Positions 1 through 14,787 of a stretch of DNA of 64,000 bases are shown piece by piece. The notes beneath the pieces are model-generated. The model was not told where the DNA came from. It saw only the letters and a program-made list of their open reading frames with translations, and did no database searches. Position numbers and translations under genes: made by a program. How positions within the stretch are numbered: position 1 is the stretch's first letter; each line of letters begins with the position of its first letter. The DNA is from Macrostomum lignano. Lineage: Eukaryota. The DNA is taken from assembly GCA_002269645.1 (NCBI GenBank), contig NIVC01000260.1, forward strand, positions 434,001 to 498,000, in the 5' to 3' direction.

Positions 1-1800
1 CCACCATGTCGAACATTAAAGAGCCACCATGTCAAACATAAAACAGATACCATTTCGAAAATGAAAGAGCCACCATTTATCAAACATTAAAGAGCCACCT
101 TGTCAAATATTAAAGAGCCACCATTTCAAACCTAAAAGAGCCACCATGTCAAACATTAAAGAGCCACCATGTCGAACATAAAAGAGCCGCCATGTAGAAC
201 ATAAAAGAGTCACCATGTCAAACCTAAAAGAGCCACCATGTAAAACATTAAAGAGCCACCATGTCGAACATAAAAGAGGTACCATGTCAAACATTAAAGA
301 CCCACCAGGTCAAACATGAAAGTGCCACCATATCAAATATTAAAAAACCACCATGTCAAACATTAAAGAGCCACCAGGTCAAACATGAAAGTGCCACCAT
401 GTAAAACATAAAAGAGCCACCATGTCAAACATTAAAGAGCCACCAGGTCAAACATATACATGACTCCATTTCAAACATTAAAGAGCCACCATGTCGAACA
501 TAAAAGGGCCACCATGTCAAATATTAAAGAGCCACCATGTCAAACATTAAAGAGCCACCAGGTCAAACATGAAAGTGCCACCATGTAAAACATTAAAGAG
601 CCACCATGTCGAACATTTAAGAACCACCATGTCATACATAAAATAGCCACCATGTGAAACATATACGTGACTCCATGTAAAACATTAAAGAGCTACCATA
701 TCAGACATATACATGACTCCATGTCAAACATATACGTGACTCCATGTTAGACATTAAAGAGCCACCATGTCGAACATTAAAGAGCCACCATGTCGAACAT
801 TAAAGAGCCAACATGTTAAAAATACAAGAGCCACCATGTCAAACATATACATGACTCCATGTCAAACATTGAAGAGACACCATGTCGAACATAAAAGAGC
901 CACCATGCAAAACATAAAAGAGCCACCATGTCGAACATTAAAGAGCCACCATGTCAAACATAAAACAGCCAACATTTCGAAAATTAAAGAGCCACCATGT
1001 CAAACAATAAAGAGCCACCATGTCAAACATTAAAGAGCCACCATGTCAAACATAAAACAGACACCATGTCGAACATTAAAGAGCCACCATGTCAAACATA
1101 AAACAGCCAACATTTCGAAAATTAAAGAGCCACCATTTATCAAACATTAAAGAGCCACCTTGTCAAATATTAAAGAGCCACCATTTTAAACCTAAAAGAG
1201 CCACCATGTCAAACATTAAAGAGCCACCATTTCAAACCTAAAAGAGCCACCATGTCAAACATTAAAGAGCCACCATGTCGAACATAAAAGAGCCACCATG
1301 TAGAACATAAAGGAGTCACCATGTCAAACATTAAAGAGCCACCATGTAAAACATTAAAGAGCCACCATGTCGAACATAAAAGAGCCACCATGTAGAACAT
1401 AAAAGAGGTACCATGTCAAACATTAAAGACCCACCAGGTCAAACATGAAAGTGCCACCATGTCAAATATTAAAAAGCCACCATGTCAAACATTAAAGAGC
1501 CACCAGGTCAAACATGAAAGTGCCACCATGTAAAACATTAAAGAGCCACCATGTTAAACATTAAAAAGCCACTTTGTCAAACATAGAAGAGCCCCCATGT
1601 CAAACATAGAAGAGCCACCATGTCAGACATTGAAAAGCCACCGTATCAAACATAAAAGAGTTACCATGTACGAGCGTAGAACAAAAAGAGCCACAATGTA
1701 TAACATAAAAGAGCCACAATGTATAACATAAAAGAGCCACAATGTATAACATAAAAGAGCCACCCTGTTAAACATAAAAGATACACAATTTCAAACGTAA
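1..1800 (+). repeat. 23-bp minisatellite (consensus AAAGAGCCACCATGTCAAACATT) with higher-order duplication
   Basis: Unit visible throughout. The variant block CACCATTTATCAAACATTAAAGAGCCACCTTGTC occurs at ~71 and ~1131. Confidence 0.95.
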
Positions 1801-1879
1801 AAGTAAGCGAATTTTAAAGGAGCCGCTATAATGCTAAGGAAATTGTCGCACTAGCTACTTATTGTCTGGTGGATGCTTG

Positions 1880-2268
1880 CTATTTGGGGATGCTATCTAT
1901 CTTGGGGATGCTTACTATCTTGGGGATGCTTGCTATCTGGGGGATGCTTGCTATCTTGGGGATGCTTGCTATCTGGGGGATGCTTGCTATCTGAGGGATG
2001 CTTGCTATCTGGGGGATGCTTGCTATCTGGGGGATGCTTGCTATCTGGGGGATGCTTGCTATCTGGGGGATGCTTGCTATCTGAGGGATGCTTGCTATCT
2101 GGGCGATGCTTGCTATCTGAGGGATGCTTGCTATCTTGGGGATGCTTGCTATCTTGGGGATGCTTGCTATCTGGGGGATGCTTGCTATCTGGGGGATGCT
2201 TGCTATCTGGGGGATGCTTGCTATCTTGGGGATGCTTGCTATCTGGGGGATGCTTGCAGTCTTGGGAT
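1880..2268 (+). repeat. 18-bp tandem repeat GGGGATGCTTGCTATCT(G/T)
   Basis: About 21 near-identical units; explains the 6-aa periodic ORFs (LGDACY etc.). Confidence 0.97.
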
Positions 2269-3039
2269 GATTTCTTTTTGCAATGCACTTCATTTGAGCA
2301 GTTTGTCTGTTGTCTTTTTGAAGGATTTTTGGCTGTCTTTTTGTTACTTGTAGAAAACAGAGATTCTATCCAGATGTCCCCCATCGGGGGGCGAAGATTG
2401 CTAGTAAATAACTATTATCCTCCAATATACTAAAAATGGTCTGTCTGTGTCTATGTGATCGATTAGAGAAAAAATGGCTGGACCGATTTTGTTCGAACTT
2501 GCACTGTTCGATCAGAAATTTTCCCGTGACTGTACATGCATCGTGGCTAAGAAATTGCTCGATGCTAAAGGCATTAAATATTCGAAAAACATGCTTTTTT
2601 GCAAAGGTCAAGCAAACTTTTCGACTTGAAATGTATTGTAGCTCGTAAGAATGCTAGAGAAAAAAACTGACTGGTTGAATTCTGACTCTGAAATAGATTG
2701 CATCATAACTGAATTGTAACTTCGACTTGAATTGAAAATGCAGTGTGGAAGCGTAGCACCAGACTTGATTTAAATTGCGTAACCATATTGTTAACTGATA
2801 CTGACTGACTGAGAAACTGATTATGTCATAACTGCTTCGTGTGATTTACTCTATGCTTGGATTTTAGAGTGTTGAATTATATAAGTGAAAAATTTGATGA
2901 TATCAAAACGATGAGAGCTAGCCTAGAGGTGAACAAATTGAACTGCTAAATGCAGCGACGATGGTGCGAATTTTCATAGTGTATAATTTTTTTAATTAAA
3001 GCTTTTCAACGTCAGGAAAACTAAAAGACTTTTAAAAAG

Positions 3040-4710
3040 AATCGTCATGTAAAAATCATAGAAGCGTCATGTAAAAAATCGTAGAAGCGTCATTTAAAAA
3101 ATCATAGAAGCGTCATATAAAAATCATAAATGCGTCATTTAAAGAATCATTGAAGCGTCATGTAAACAATCATAGAAGCGTCATGTAAACAATCATAGAA
3201 GCGTCATGTAAAAAATCATAGAAGAGTCATGTAAAAAAATCGAAGCGTCATGTAAATAATCATAGAAGCGTCATGTAAACAATCGTAGAAGCGTCATATA
3301 AAAATCATAGAAGCGTCATGTAAAAAAATCATACAAGCGTCATGTAAAAAAAGTATAGAAGCGTCATGTAAACAATCATAAAAGCGTCATGTAAACAATC
3401 GTAGAAGCGTCATATAAAAATCATAGAAGCGTCATTTAAAAAATCATAGAAGCGTCATGTAAACAATCATAGAAGCGTCATGTAAATAAGTCATAGAAGC
3501 GTCATGTAAAAAATCATAGAAACGTCATGTAGAAAAATCATAGAAGCGTCATGTAAACAATCATAGAAGCGTCATGTAAAAATCGTAGAAGCGTCATTTA
3601 AAAACCTAGAAGCGTCATTTAAAAAAATCATAGAAGCGTCATGTAAAAAAGTCATAGAAGCGTCATGTAAACAATCATAGAAGCGTCCTGTAAACAATCA
3701 TAGAAGCGTCATGTAAAAAATCATAGAAGCGTCATGTAAACCATCATAGAAGCGTCATGTAAACCATCATAGAAGTGTCATGTAGACAATCATAGAAGCG
3801 TCATGTAAAAATCATAAAAGCGTCATTTAAAAAATCATAGAAGCGTCATATAAAAATCATAAATGCGTCATTTAAAGAATCATTGAAGCGTCATGTAAAC
3901 AATCATAGAAGCGTCATGTAAACAATCATAGAAGCGTCATGTAAAAAATCATAGAAGAGTCATGTAAAAAAATCGAAGCGTCATGTAAATAATCATAGAA
4001 GCGTCATGTAAACAATCGTAGAAGCGTCATATAAAAATCATAGAAGCGTCATGTAAAAAAATCATACAAGCGTCATGTAAAAAAAGTATAGAAGCGTCAT
4101 GTAAACAATCATAAAAGCGTCATGTAAACAATCGTAGAAGCGTCATATAAAAATCATAGAAGCGTCATTTAAAAAATCATAGAAGCGTCATGTAAACAAT
4201 CATAGAAGCGTCATGTAAAAAAGTCATAGAAGCGTCATGTAAAAAATCATAGAAACGTCATGTAGAAAAATCATAGAAGCGTCATGTAAACAATCATAGA
4301 AGCGTCATGTAAAAATCCTAGAAGCGTCATTTAAAAACCTAGAAGCGTCATTTAAAAAAATCATAGAAGCGTCATGTAAAAAAGTCATAGAAACGTCATG
4401 TAAAAATCATAAAAGCGTCATGTAAAAAATCATAGAAGCGTCATGTAAAAGATCATAGAAGCGTCATGTAAAAACATCATAGAAACGTCATGTAAACAAT
4501 CGTAGAAGCGTCATGTAAAAATTACAAAACTTATACAAAACTTATTACAAAACTTATATAAAAACTAATGGAAGTGTCATTTAAGAAATCATAGAAGCGT
4601 CATGTAAAAAATCATAGAAGCCTTATATAAAAACTAATGGAAGTGTCATTTTAGAAATCATAGAAGCGTCATGTAAAAATCAAAAGAAGCGTCATGTCAG
4701 ACATGAAAGA
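3040..4710 (+). repeat. 23-bp satellite AAACAATCATAGAAGCGTCATGT inside Helitron copy 1
   Basis: Tandem units with an internal ~730-bp higher-order duplication (3121 vs 3854). Confidence 0.95.
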
Positions 4711-5535
4711 AGTGTCATGTAAAAATTAAATGAAGCTATTGTGCTGTGCTGGGGAGAATTACTGAGATGTCAAGGCTCACGGAGAATAACTGAGATTAGG
4801 GGGGGGGGTTTCTGAGATGTCAAAGCAAAAGTCAGAAGCTACTTCAAAGTACATGTAGTTTACTCAATTTTTTTATTTTTATTACCTTCTTTGTTGGCTC
4901 GCCACGGGGGGGGGGCGCTGATAGAAGAAGAGTCATGTAAAAAGAAAAGAAGCACTATGTATACATAAAAGAAGAGTCATATCGAAGTTAAAATATTCAT
5001 TTGGGAATTGCTACGATGTCAAGGCTTGGAGGGAATCGCTATAGTGCTGTGATTCTTAAAGAAGGAATCACTAAAATGCCAAGGCTTAGGGGAGAAGAAT
5101 TGCTGAGATTTCAAGGCTTTATGTTGGGTTAAAGTTAGGTTTAGTTCCGGTGTGGGTTGAGGGTTAGATTTTAGCGGGTTTCAAGGTTAACAGGGGATTT
5201 TTCAGATATCAAGGTTTATGGGGGGCATTGCTGACATTTCAAGGCTTACGAGGGGAATAGCTGAGATGTCAAGGCTCATGGGGGAATAAATGAGATGTCA
5301 AGGCTAAAGTCAGAAGCTTCATGTAGTCTATTGAAAACTTTTTTTCATTATTTGTTGGCTCCTCACGGGAGGGATCGCTGATAGAAAAAGCGTAATGTAA
5401 AAAATAAGAAGCTTCATGTCGAAGTTAAGAGATTCATTTGGGAATCCCTACGATGTCGAGGCTTGCAGGGAATCGCTATAATGCTGTAGTAGTGCTATAA
5501 TGACTCTTAGAGAGAATTACTGAAATGTCAATGCT

Positions 5536-5573
5536 TTAGGGTTAGGTTAGGTTAGGGTTAGGGTTAGGGTTAG
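5536..5573 (+). repeat. Interstitial telomere-like (TTAGGG/TTAGG)n
   Basis: Direct reading. Degenerate tracts also at ~5140-5165, 5878-5960 and 6092-6110. Confidence 0.9.
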
Positions 5574-6819
5574 AAAGTTGACAGATTTTTTTAGATTTCA
5601 TGGCTTATGGGGAGCATCGCTGAGATGTCAAGGGGAAGTTGAAATGTTAAAGCTTGTGGGGGGGGAATTACTGACATGTCAAGGCTTACAAGGGACTGCT
5701 TGCAAAGCAGTATATTATTGCAAAGAGATGCAAATATTGCAGAGAGATATTGCAAAGAGATGCTACATGTAGTTTATTACAAAACTTGTACTGCATTTTT
5801 TGGCTCCCCAACGCTAAGATACTAAGCTAAAAAAATACTACTAGCGCTTCACAAACTTATACAGATGTAAGGCTGTAGGGTTAGTGTTAGCGTTGGTGTT
5901 AGGGTATATGGTTAGGGTTAGGGTTATAGCGTTAAGATTCGGGTTAGTGCTAGGGTTAGGGTAGCTTATAACTTAGCTCATGTAGCTTATTAAAAATGTT
6001 TAGCATAGAAGCGTCATGCAAAAATCATGGAAGCGTCATTCAAAAAATCATAGAAGCATCATGCAAAAACTCATGGACAAAATATTAAATTTAGGGTTGG
6101 GGTTAGGGCTATTAGAAGTTTGACAGGAGATTTTTTAGGATTTCAAGGCTACATGTAGCTTATTAAAAAACGTGTATTCATTTCTTTAGCTCCCCAACGG
6201 GGGGCGTAGATTGCTAGTCCTATATACTAAAAATGAGTTGTTTGTTTGTACGAAATCGATTAGAGAAAAAATGGCTGGACCGATTTTCATGAGACTTGCA
6301 CTGTTCGATCAGAAATTTTCCCGTGACGGTACATGTGTCTTAGCTAAGAAATTGCTTGATGCTAAAGGCATTAAATATTCGAAAAACATGCTTTTTTGCA
6401 AAGGTCAAGCAAACTTTTCGACTTGAAATGCATTGTAAGAATGCTAAGAGAAAAATTGACTGGTTGAATCTGATTCTGAAATAGATTGCATCATAACTGA
6501 ATTGTAACTCCAACTTGAATTGCGTCTTAGTATTGAAAATTCAGTGTGGAAGCGTAGCACCAGACTTGATTTAGATTGCGTAACCATATTCTCAACTTTA
6601 ATTGAGACTGATACTGACTTGCCTGGGAAATTGATTATGTCATAACTGCTTCGTGAGTGAGTGTTGAATTATATAAGTGCTACAATTTCATTTATAAATT
6701 CGATAAGAGCTAGCCTAGATGTGAACAGACTGGACTGCAAATGCAGCGACCTGGGTTCGAATCTTAGTAGTGAAAAGTTTTTTATTAAAAGCTTTTATTC
6801 AAGGACAAATAAAGGACAA

Positions 6820-9215
6820 AAGGCGTCATGTAAAAAATCATTGAAGCGTCATGTAAACAATCATAGAAGCGTCATTTAAAAAATCATTGAAGCGTCATGT
6901 AAACAATCGTAGAAGCGTCATGTAAACAATCATTGAAGCGTCATGTAAAAAATCATAGAAGCGTCATGAAACAATCATAGAAGCGTCATGTAAACAATCA
7001 GAGAAGCGTCATGTAAAAAATCATAGAAGCGTCATGTAAACAATCATAGAAGCGTCATGTTAAAAATCATAGAAGCGTCATGTAAACAATCATAGAAGCG
7101 TCATGTTAAAAATCATAGAAGCGTCATGTAAAAAATCATAGAAGCGTCATGTAAACAATCATAGAAGCGTCATGTAAACAATCATAGAAGCGTCATGTAA
7201 AAAGCATAGAAGCGTCATGTAAAAAGCATAGAAGCGTCATATAAAACTCATAGAAGCGTCATTTAAAAAAATCATAGAAGCGTCATGTAAACAATCATAG
7301 AAGCGTCATGTAAAAAATCATAGAAGCGTCATGTAAACAATCAGAGAAGCGTCATATAAAAATCATAGAAGCGTCATTTAAAAAAATCATAGAAGCGTCA
7401 TGTAAACAATCATAGAAGCGTCATGTAAAAAATCATAGAAGCGTCATGTAAACAATCATAGAAGCGTCATTTAAAAATCATAGAAGTGTCATGTAAAAAA
7501 TCATAGAAGCGTCATGTAAAAAATCATAGAAGCGTCATGTAAAAATCATAGAAGTGTCATGTAAACAATCATAGAAGCGTCATGAAAAAATCATAGAAGC
7601 GTCATGTAAACAATCATAGAAGCGTCATGTAAACAATCATAGAAGCGTCATGTAAAAAGCATAGAAGCGTCATGTAGAAAGCATAGAAGCGTCATATAAA
7701 ACTCATAGAAGCGTCATTTAAAAAAATCATAGAAGCGTCATGTAAACAATCATAGAAGCGTAATGTAAAAAATCATAGAAGCGTCATTTAAAAATCATAG
7801 AAGTGTCATGTAAACAATCATAGAAGCGTCATGTAAAAATCATAGAAGCGTCATGTAAACAATCATAGAAGCGTCATGAAAAAATCATAAAAGCGTCATG
7901 TAAACAATCATCGAAGCGTCATCTAAAAAGTCATAGAAGCGTCATGTAAAAAATCATAGAAGCGTCATGAAAAAATCATAGGAGTGTCATGAAAAAATCA
8001 TTGAAGCGTCATGTAAACAATCATAGAAGCGTCATGTAAACAATCATTGAAGCGTCATGTAAAAAATCATAGAAGCGTCATGAAACAATCATAGAAGCGT
8101 CATGTAAACCATTATAGAAGCGTCATGTAAAAAATCATAGAAGCGTCATGTAAAAATCATAGAAGTGTCATGTAAACAATCATAGAAGCGTCATGTAAAA
8201 ATCATAGAAGCGTCATGTAAACAATCATAGAAGCGTCATGAAAAAATCATAAAAGCGTCATGTAAACAATCATCAAAGCGTCATCTAAAAAGTCATAGAA
8301 GCGTCATGTAAAAAATCATAGAAGCGTCATGAAAAAATCATAGGAGTGTCATGAAAAAATCATTGAAGCGTCATGTAAAAAAATCATAGAAGCGTCATGT
8401 AAACAATCATTGAAGCGTCATGTAAAAAATCATAGAAGCCTCATGAAACAATCATAGAAGCGTCATGTAAACAATCATAGAAGCGTCATGTAAAAAATCA
8501 TAGAAGCGTCATGTAAACAATCATAGAAGCGTCATATAAAAATCATAGAAGCGTCATTTAAAAAAATCATAGAAGCGTCATGTAAACAATCATAGAAGCG
8601 TCATGTAAACCATCATAGAAGCGTCATGTAAAAAATCATAGAAGCGTCATGTAAAAATCATAGAAGTGTCATGTAAACAATCATAGAAGCGTCATGTAAA
8701 AAATAATAGAAGCGTCATGTAAAAAATCATAGAAGCGTCATGTAAAAATCATAGAAGTGTCATGTAAAAAATCATAGAAGCGTCATGTAAAAAATCATAG
8801 AAGTGTCATGTAAACAATCATAGAAGCGTCATGTAAAAAATCATAGAAGTGTCATGTAAAAATCATAGAAGCGTAATGTAAAAAATCATAGAAGCGTAAT
8901 GTAAAAAATCATAGAAGCGTCATTTAAAAATCATAGAAGTGTCATGTAAACAATCATAGAAGCGTCATGTAAAAATCATAGAAGCGTCATGTAAAAAATC
9001 ATAGAAGCGTCATGAAAAAATCATAGAAGCGTCATGTAAACAATCATCGAAGCGTCATCTAAAAAGTCATAGAAGCGTCATGTAAAAAATCATAGAAGCG
9101 TCATGAAAAAATCATAGGAGTGTCATGAAAAAATCATAGAAGCCTCATTAAAAACTAATGAAAGTGTCATTTAAAAAATCAAGAAGCATCATGGTAGAAT
9201 AAAAGAAGCGTCATG
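6820..9215 (+). repeat. Same 23-bp satellite inside Helitron copy 2 (longer array)
   Basis: Roughly 100 tandem units. Confidence 0.95.
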
Positions 9216-10053
9216 TCAGACATGAAAGGTGTCATTTAAAAATTAAATGAAGCTATAGTGCTGGGCTAGGGAGAAAAACTGAGACGTCAAGGCTCACAGA
9301 GAATAACTGAGATTACGGGGGTGGGGTTTCTGAGATGTCAAAGCAAAAGTCAGAAGCTACTTCAAAGTTCATGTACTTTACTCAATTTTTTTATTACATT
9401 CTTTGTTGGCTCGCCACAGGGGGGGGGCGCTGATAGAAGAAGAGTCATGTAAAAAATAAAAGTAGCACTATGTATACATAAAAGAAGAGTCATGTCGAAG
9501 TTAAAAGATTCATTTGGGAATTGCTACGATGTCAAGGCTTGGAGGAAATCGTTATAGTGCTGTGATTCTTAAAGAAGGAATCACTAAAATGTCAAGGCTT
9601 TGGGGAGAAGAATTGCTGAGATTTCAAGGCTTTATGTTGGGTTAAAGTTAGGTTTAGGTCAGGTGTGGGTTGAGGGTTAGATTTTATCGGGTTTCAAGGT
9701 TAACGGGGGGTTTTTTAGATTTCAAGGTTTATGGAGGCCATCGCTGACATGTCAAGGCTTACGGGGGGAATAGCTGACATGTCAAGGCTCACGGGGGTAT
9801 AAATGAGATTTCAAGGCTAAAGTCAGAAGCTACATGTAGTTAATTGAAAACTTTTTATTACATTATTTAATGCCTCCTCAGGGGAGGGATCGCTGATAAA
9901 AAAAAGCGTAATGTAAAAAATAAAAGAAGCTTCATGTCGAAGTTAAGAGATTCATTTGGGAATCCCTACGATGTCGAGGCTTGCAGGGAATCGCTATAAT
10001 GCTGTAGTAGTGCTATAATGACTCTTAGAGAGAATTACTGAAATGTCAATGCT

Positions 10054-10138
10054 TTAGGGTTAGGTTAGGGTTAGGGTTAGGTTAGGGTTAGGGCTAGGGT
10101 TAGGGTTAGGGTTAGGGTTAGGCTAGGGTTAGGGTTAG
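10054..10138 (+). repeat. Interstitial telomere-like (TTAGGG)n, expanded at the position equivalent to 5536
   Basis: About 14 hexamer-like units with the same flanks as 5536 (AATGCT...AGAA). Confidence 0.9.
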
Positions 10139-10384
10139 AAGGTTGACAGATATTTTTAGATTTCCAAGGCTTATTGGGGGCATTGCTGAGATGTCAAGGG
10201 GGGAAGTTGATATGTTAAAGCTTGTGGGGGGGAATTACTGACATTTCAAGGCTGACAAGTTTTGACAGGAGATTTTTAAGATTTCAAGGATACATGTAGC
10301 TTATTAAAAAAACGTGTATTGCATTTCTTTGGCTCCCCAACGGGGGCGTAGATTGCTAGTTACAAACTATAAACACAGTCAAAT

Positions 10385-12545
<2,161 letters not shown>

Positions 12546-13264
12546 TCCTACAATTGTGGTCCGCGCAGCTTCATGCCAATTGCCATTAAGGAGAACTAGA
12601 AGTTACAAAAAAAATAAAAAAACAACGGTAACTTCTAGTGGTCCTTGCTTCCTGCTGGCTCAGGGCGAGTTGTGCAGGAGAGCTGCCTCATTGTTGGGAA
12701 TACATAAATAAACTAAAATTAGCTCATAAAATTAATGTGGTCCCTAATTATCCCCTTGCTTATTCTCCCTTATTCCAAGTCCAAATTTTGTCGGTTTTTG
12801 CCAAACCCAGCTTTCTGGTATCACTGTGAGCAGAATGATGTATCATTTGTGTACATAAGCGGCTCGGGCTCCATTTTTATGAGCTTATAAGTGTGGTTGA
12901 CAGGCCCTAATGTATTTACAAGTCATTTACGTTTATATGATATAAATTGTATTATATAAATCGAGTATAGCTAGATCACGCAAACTATTAGTACATATAT
13001 CTGAATCTTATTGGTGATTGATTTGATAGGTGAGAGCATCGATCGGTGATGATTACTGAGGGCGATGTACATGCAACGCAGTACAAAGTACCAAGTGTCG
13101 TCACCAAAAACTCATAACAGTAAGAGTATATACAGTTAGAATAAAAAATAAAAAATAAGTTTGCAGCTCTCACATTTCTTGCGAATTCACGTTGAAATTT
13201 TTGTTATAACGTTTATTAACAAAATTTTGCATTAACTTTCAATTAAATTTGACTTTGTAACAAA

Positions 13265-13524
13265 GGGCTTTTTCATATTACCAATTCCAGAACCAGAATC
13301 GGTTCGGAATTCCAAGAAAAACAGCAGTATAACTATTAAACTCTGTTAATATTTGACTGCCTTAACAACCTAACTTAGCACAATTTTTCACTTTCTTCTT
13401 GGCGATTGTCATTCAATAATAAAAACTTTATAGCACGTATCTCCCTCTAGTTATGGAGACAAAAAGTTATACTTCACAAATTGGTTCTGGTTCTGGAACC
13501 AGAGCAAGCAATATGAAAAGGCCC
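13265..13524. mobile_element. 260-bp MITE (possibly PIF/Harbinger-type)
   Basis: TIR GGGCTTTTTCATATT vs AATATGAAAAGGCCC (14/15). Subterminal inverted TTCCAGAACCAGAA / TTCTGGTTCTGGAA. AAA flanks both sides (candidate 3-bp TSD). Confidence 0.65.
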
Positions 13525-14787
13525 AAAGTTTCCTATTTCAAGATTATTTCTGAATTTTTTACAATGTCCATTCGGCATTCACCATAATAGACCATTTGAC
13601 GAGCCAATGGACTTCAAGTGTGAGCGTGAGTGCAATATTACACGAATTCATTGACTTTAACTCGAAGTACGAGTACATAACATAGCACTTAAAACAACAA
13701 ATAATAGCTAAAGCCTATAGTCATTTTGCTTTAGCTTTATCTTCCCTGAAGGCTGAGTTAACCACTCAATAGTTATAGTTGTGGGCATAAACCACACGAG
13801 CGCTAATGAATGATACTCCCGAAAGTCTCCTTTTTTAATTTTGACGCTTCTACAATTCGTTTTTTTCAATCTCGCTAGTTATTCTTGGCAATAAAAATAT
13901 TCTAATGACAGAATTATTACTATGAATGATTGTTATTATTATGATACTGAATCTATAATGGAATTTAGTTGCCTTACAGAATTATAGCTAATGGTTAACC
14001 TAATTTATGTCCTGTTTTAAAAAGGGGCCTATTTTGTGTGTCTTGGCCTAAGTTAATAGGCTTGTTATTTTCCACTTGTTTGATATTTTATGTATAATAT
14101 TTTCTCTGTGCATATTTTATAGAATTGTTCTATTTGAAAAATTTTGCAGCCCTATGCTATACCTGGTTTTATTAATTTACCAAAAAGCTACTCTTAGTAA
14201 AATAAAAGTTGCATAAGTAAACTAAATTATAAAATGTATTATTTATATTTTCTATTGACTTTGATGCTTAACAGTATATGACATAGAATAGAAAAGATTG
14301 GGATCTCTAGCTCATATTTAATATATATTTATAGGTTCAAATTAATTTCCATGTAATTAATCCTACTTTAAGTTTTAAATTTAAACTTAAGCATATAAAA
14401 TATGTCCCTTTTAAGAAGATTGCAATGGTATAAACTTTTAACATGTCTTACTAGCAAGTAATATTAAAATCAGGTATGAAAAAAACTATGCAATTAAAGT
14501 ATAAATTAGGCTTAAAAGATAGACCACTAATCTATAATATTAAATTACACTTTTAGATAACATTAATCTATGAAGCCAATAGTCAAGTTTTGGGACTTAG
14601 TCTGTTTTGTTAGGAATTCTAGGCCCTATTAAGATGTTTAGCTAATATACTTTAAAAAATTTTTACTGAGTATTTCGATAAGCTAAAAGTGGCAATTATT
14701 AGTTGATAATAGGGCTTAAAATCCATTAAATTGAAAGATTTCACTGCAAGTTTGTCAAATTGATCATATAAAATTCATGCCGCTAAG

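Larger units (their letters stand above)
1..2404 (+). mobile_element. 3' portion of a related non-autonomous Helitron-like element (5' end outside window)
   Basis: Ends in hairpin CCCCC-ATC-GGGGG (2378-2390), then GCGAAGATTG-CTAG (2401-2404) followed by T, the same terminus as at 6217 and 10359. How far the element extends to the left is inferred. Confidence 0.55.
2421..6217 (+). mobile_element. Non-autonomous Helitron-like element, copy 1
   Basis: 5' TCCAATATACTAAAAATGG followed by a TCTG-like tract and GGCTGGACCGATTTT, as in invertebrate Helitron-N 5' ends. 3' hairpin GCTCCCCAACGGGGGGC, then CTAG at 6214-6217. Contains a satellite and TTAGGG tracts. No Rep/helicase ORF. Confidence 0.8.
6218..10359 (+). 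mobile_element. Non-autonomous Helitron-like element, copy 2 (head-to-tail with copy 1)
   Basis: Starts TCCTATATACTAAAAATG directly after copy 1's CTAG. Colinear with copy 1. Ends GGCTCCCCAACGGGGGCGTAGATTG-CTAG (10356-10359), then T. Confidence 0.8.

Noticed and set aside
10054-10138. True telomere or chromosome fusion site
   Set aside because: The tract is short, sits at the same internal position in both Helitron copies, and has no inverted CCCTAA partner.
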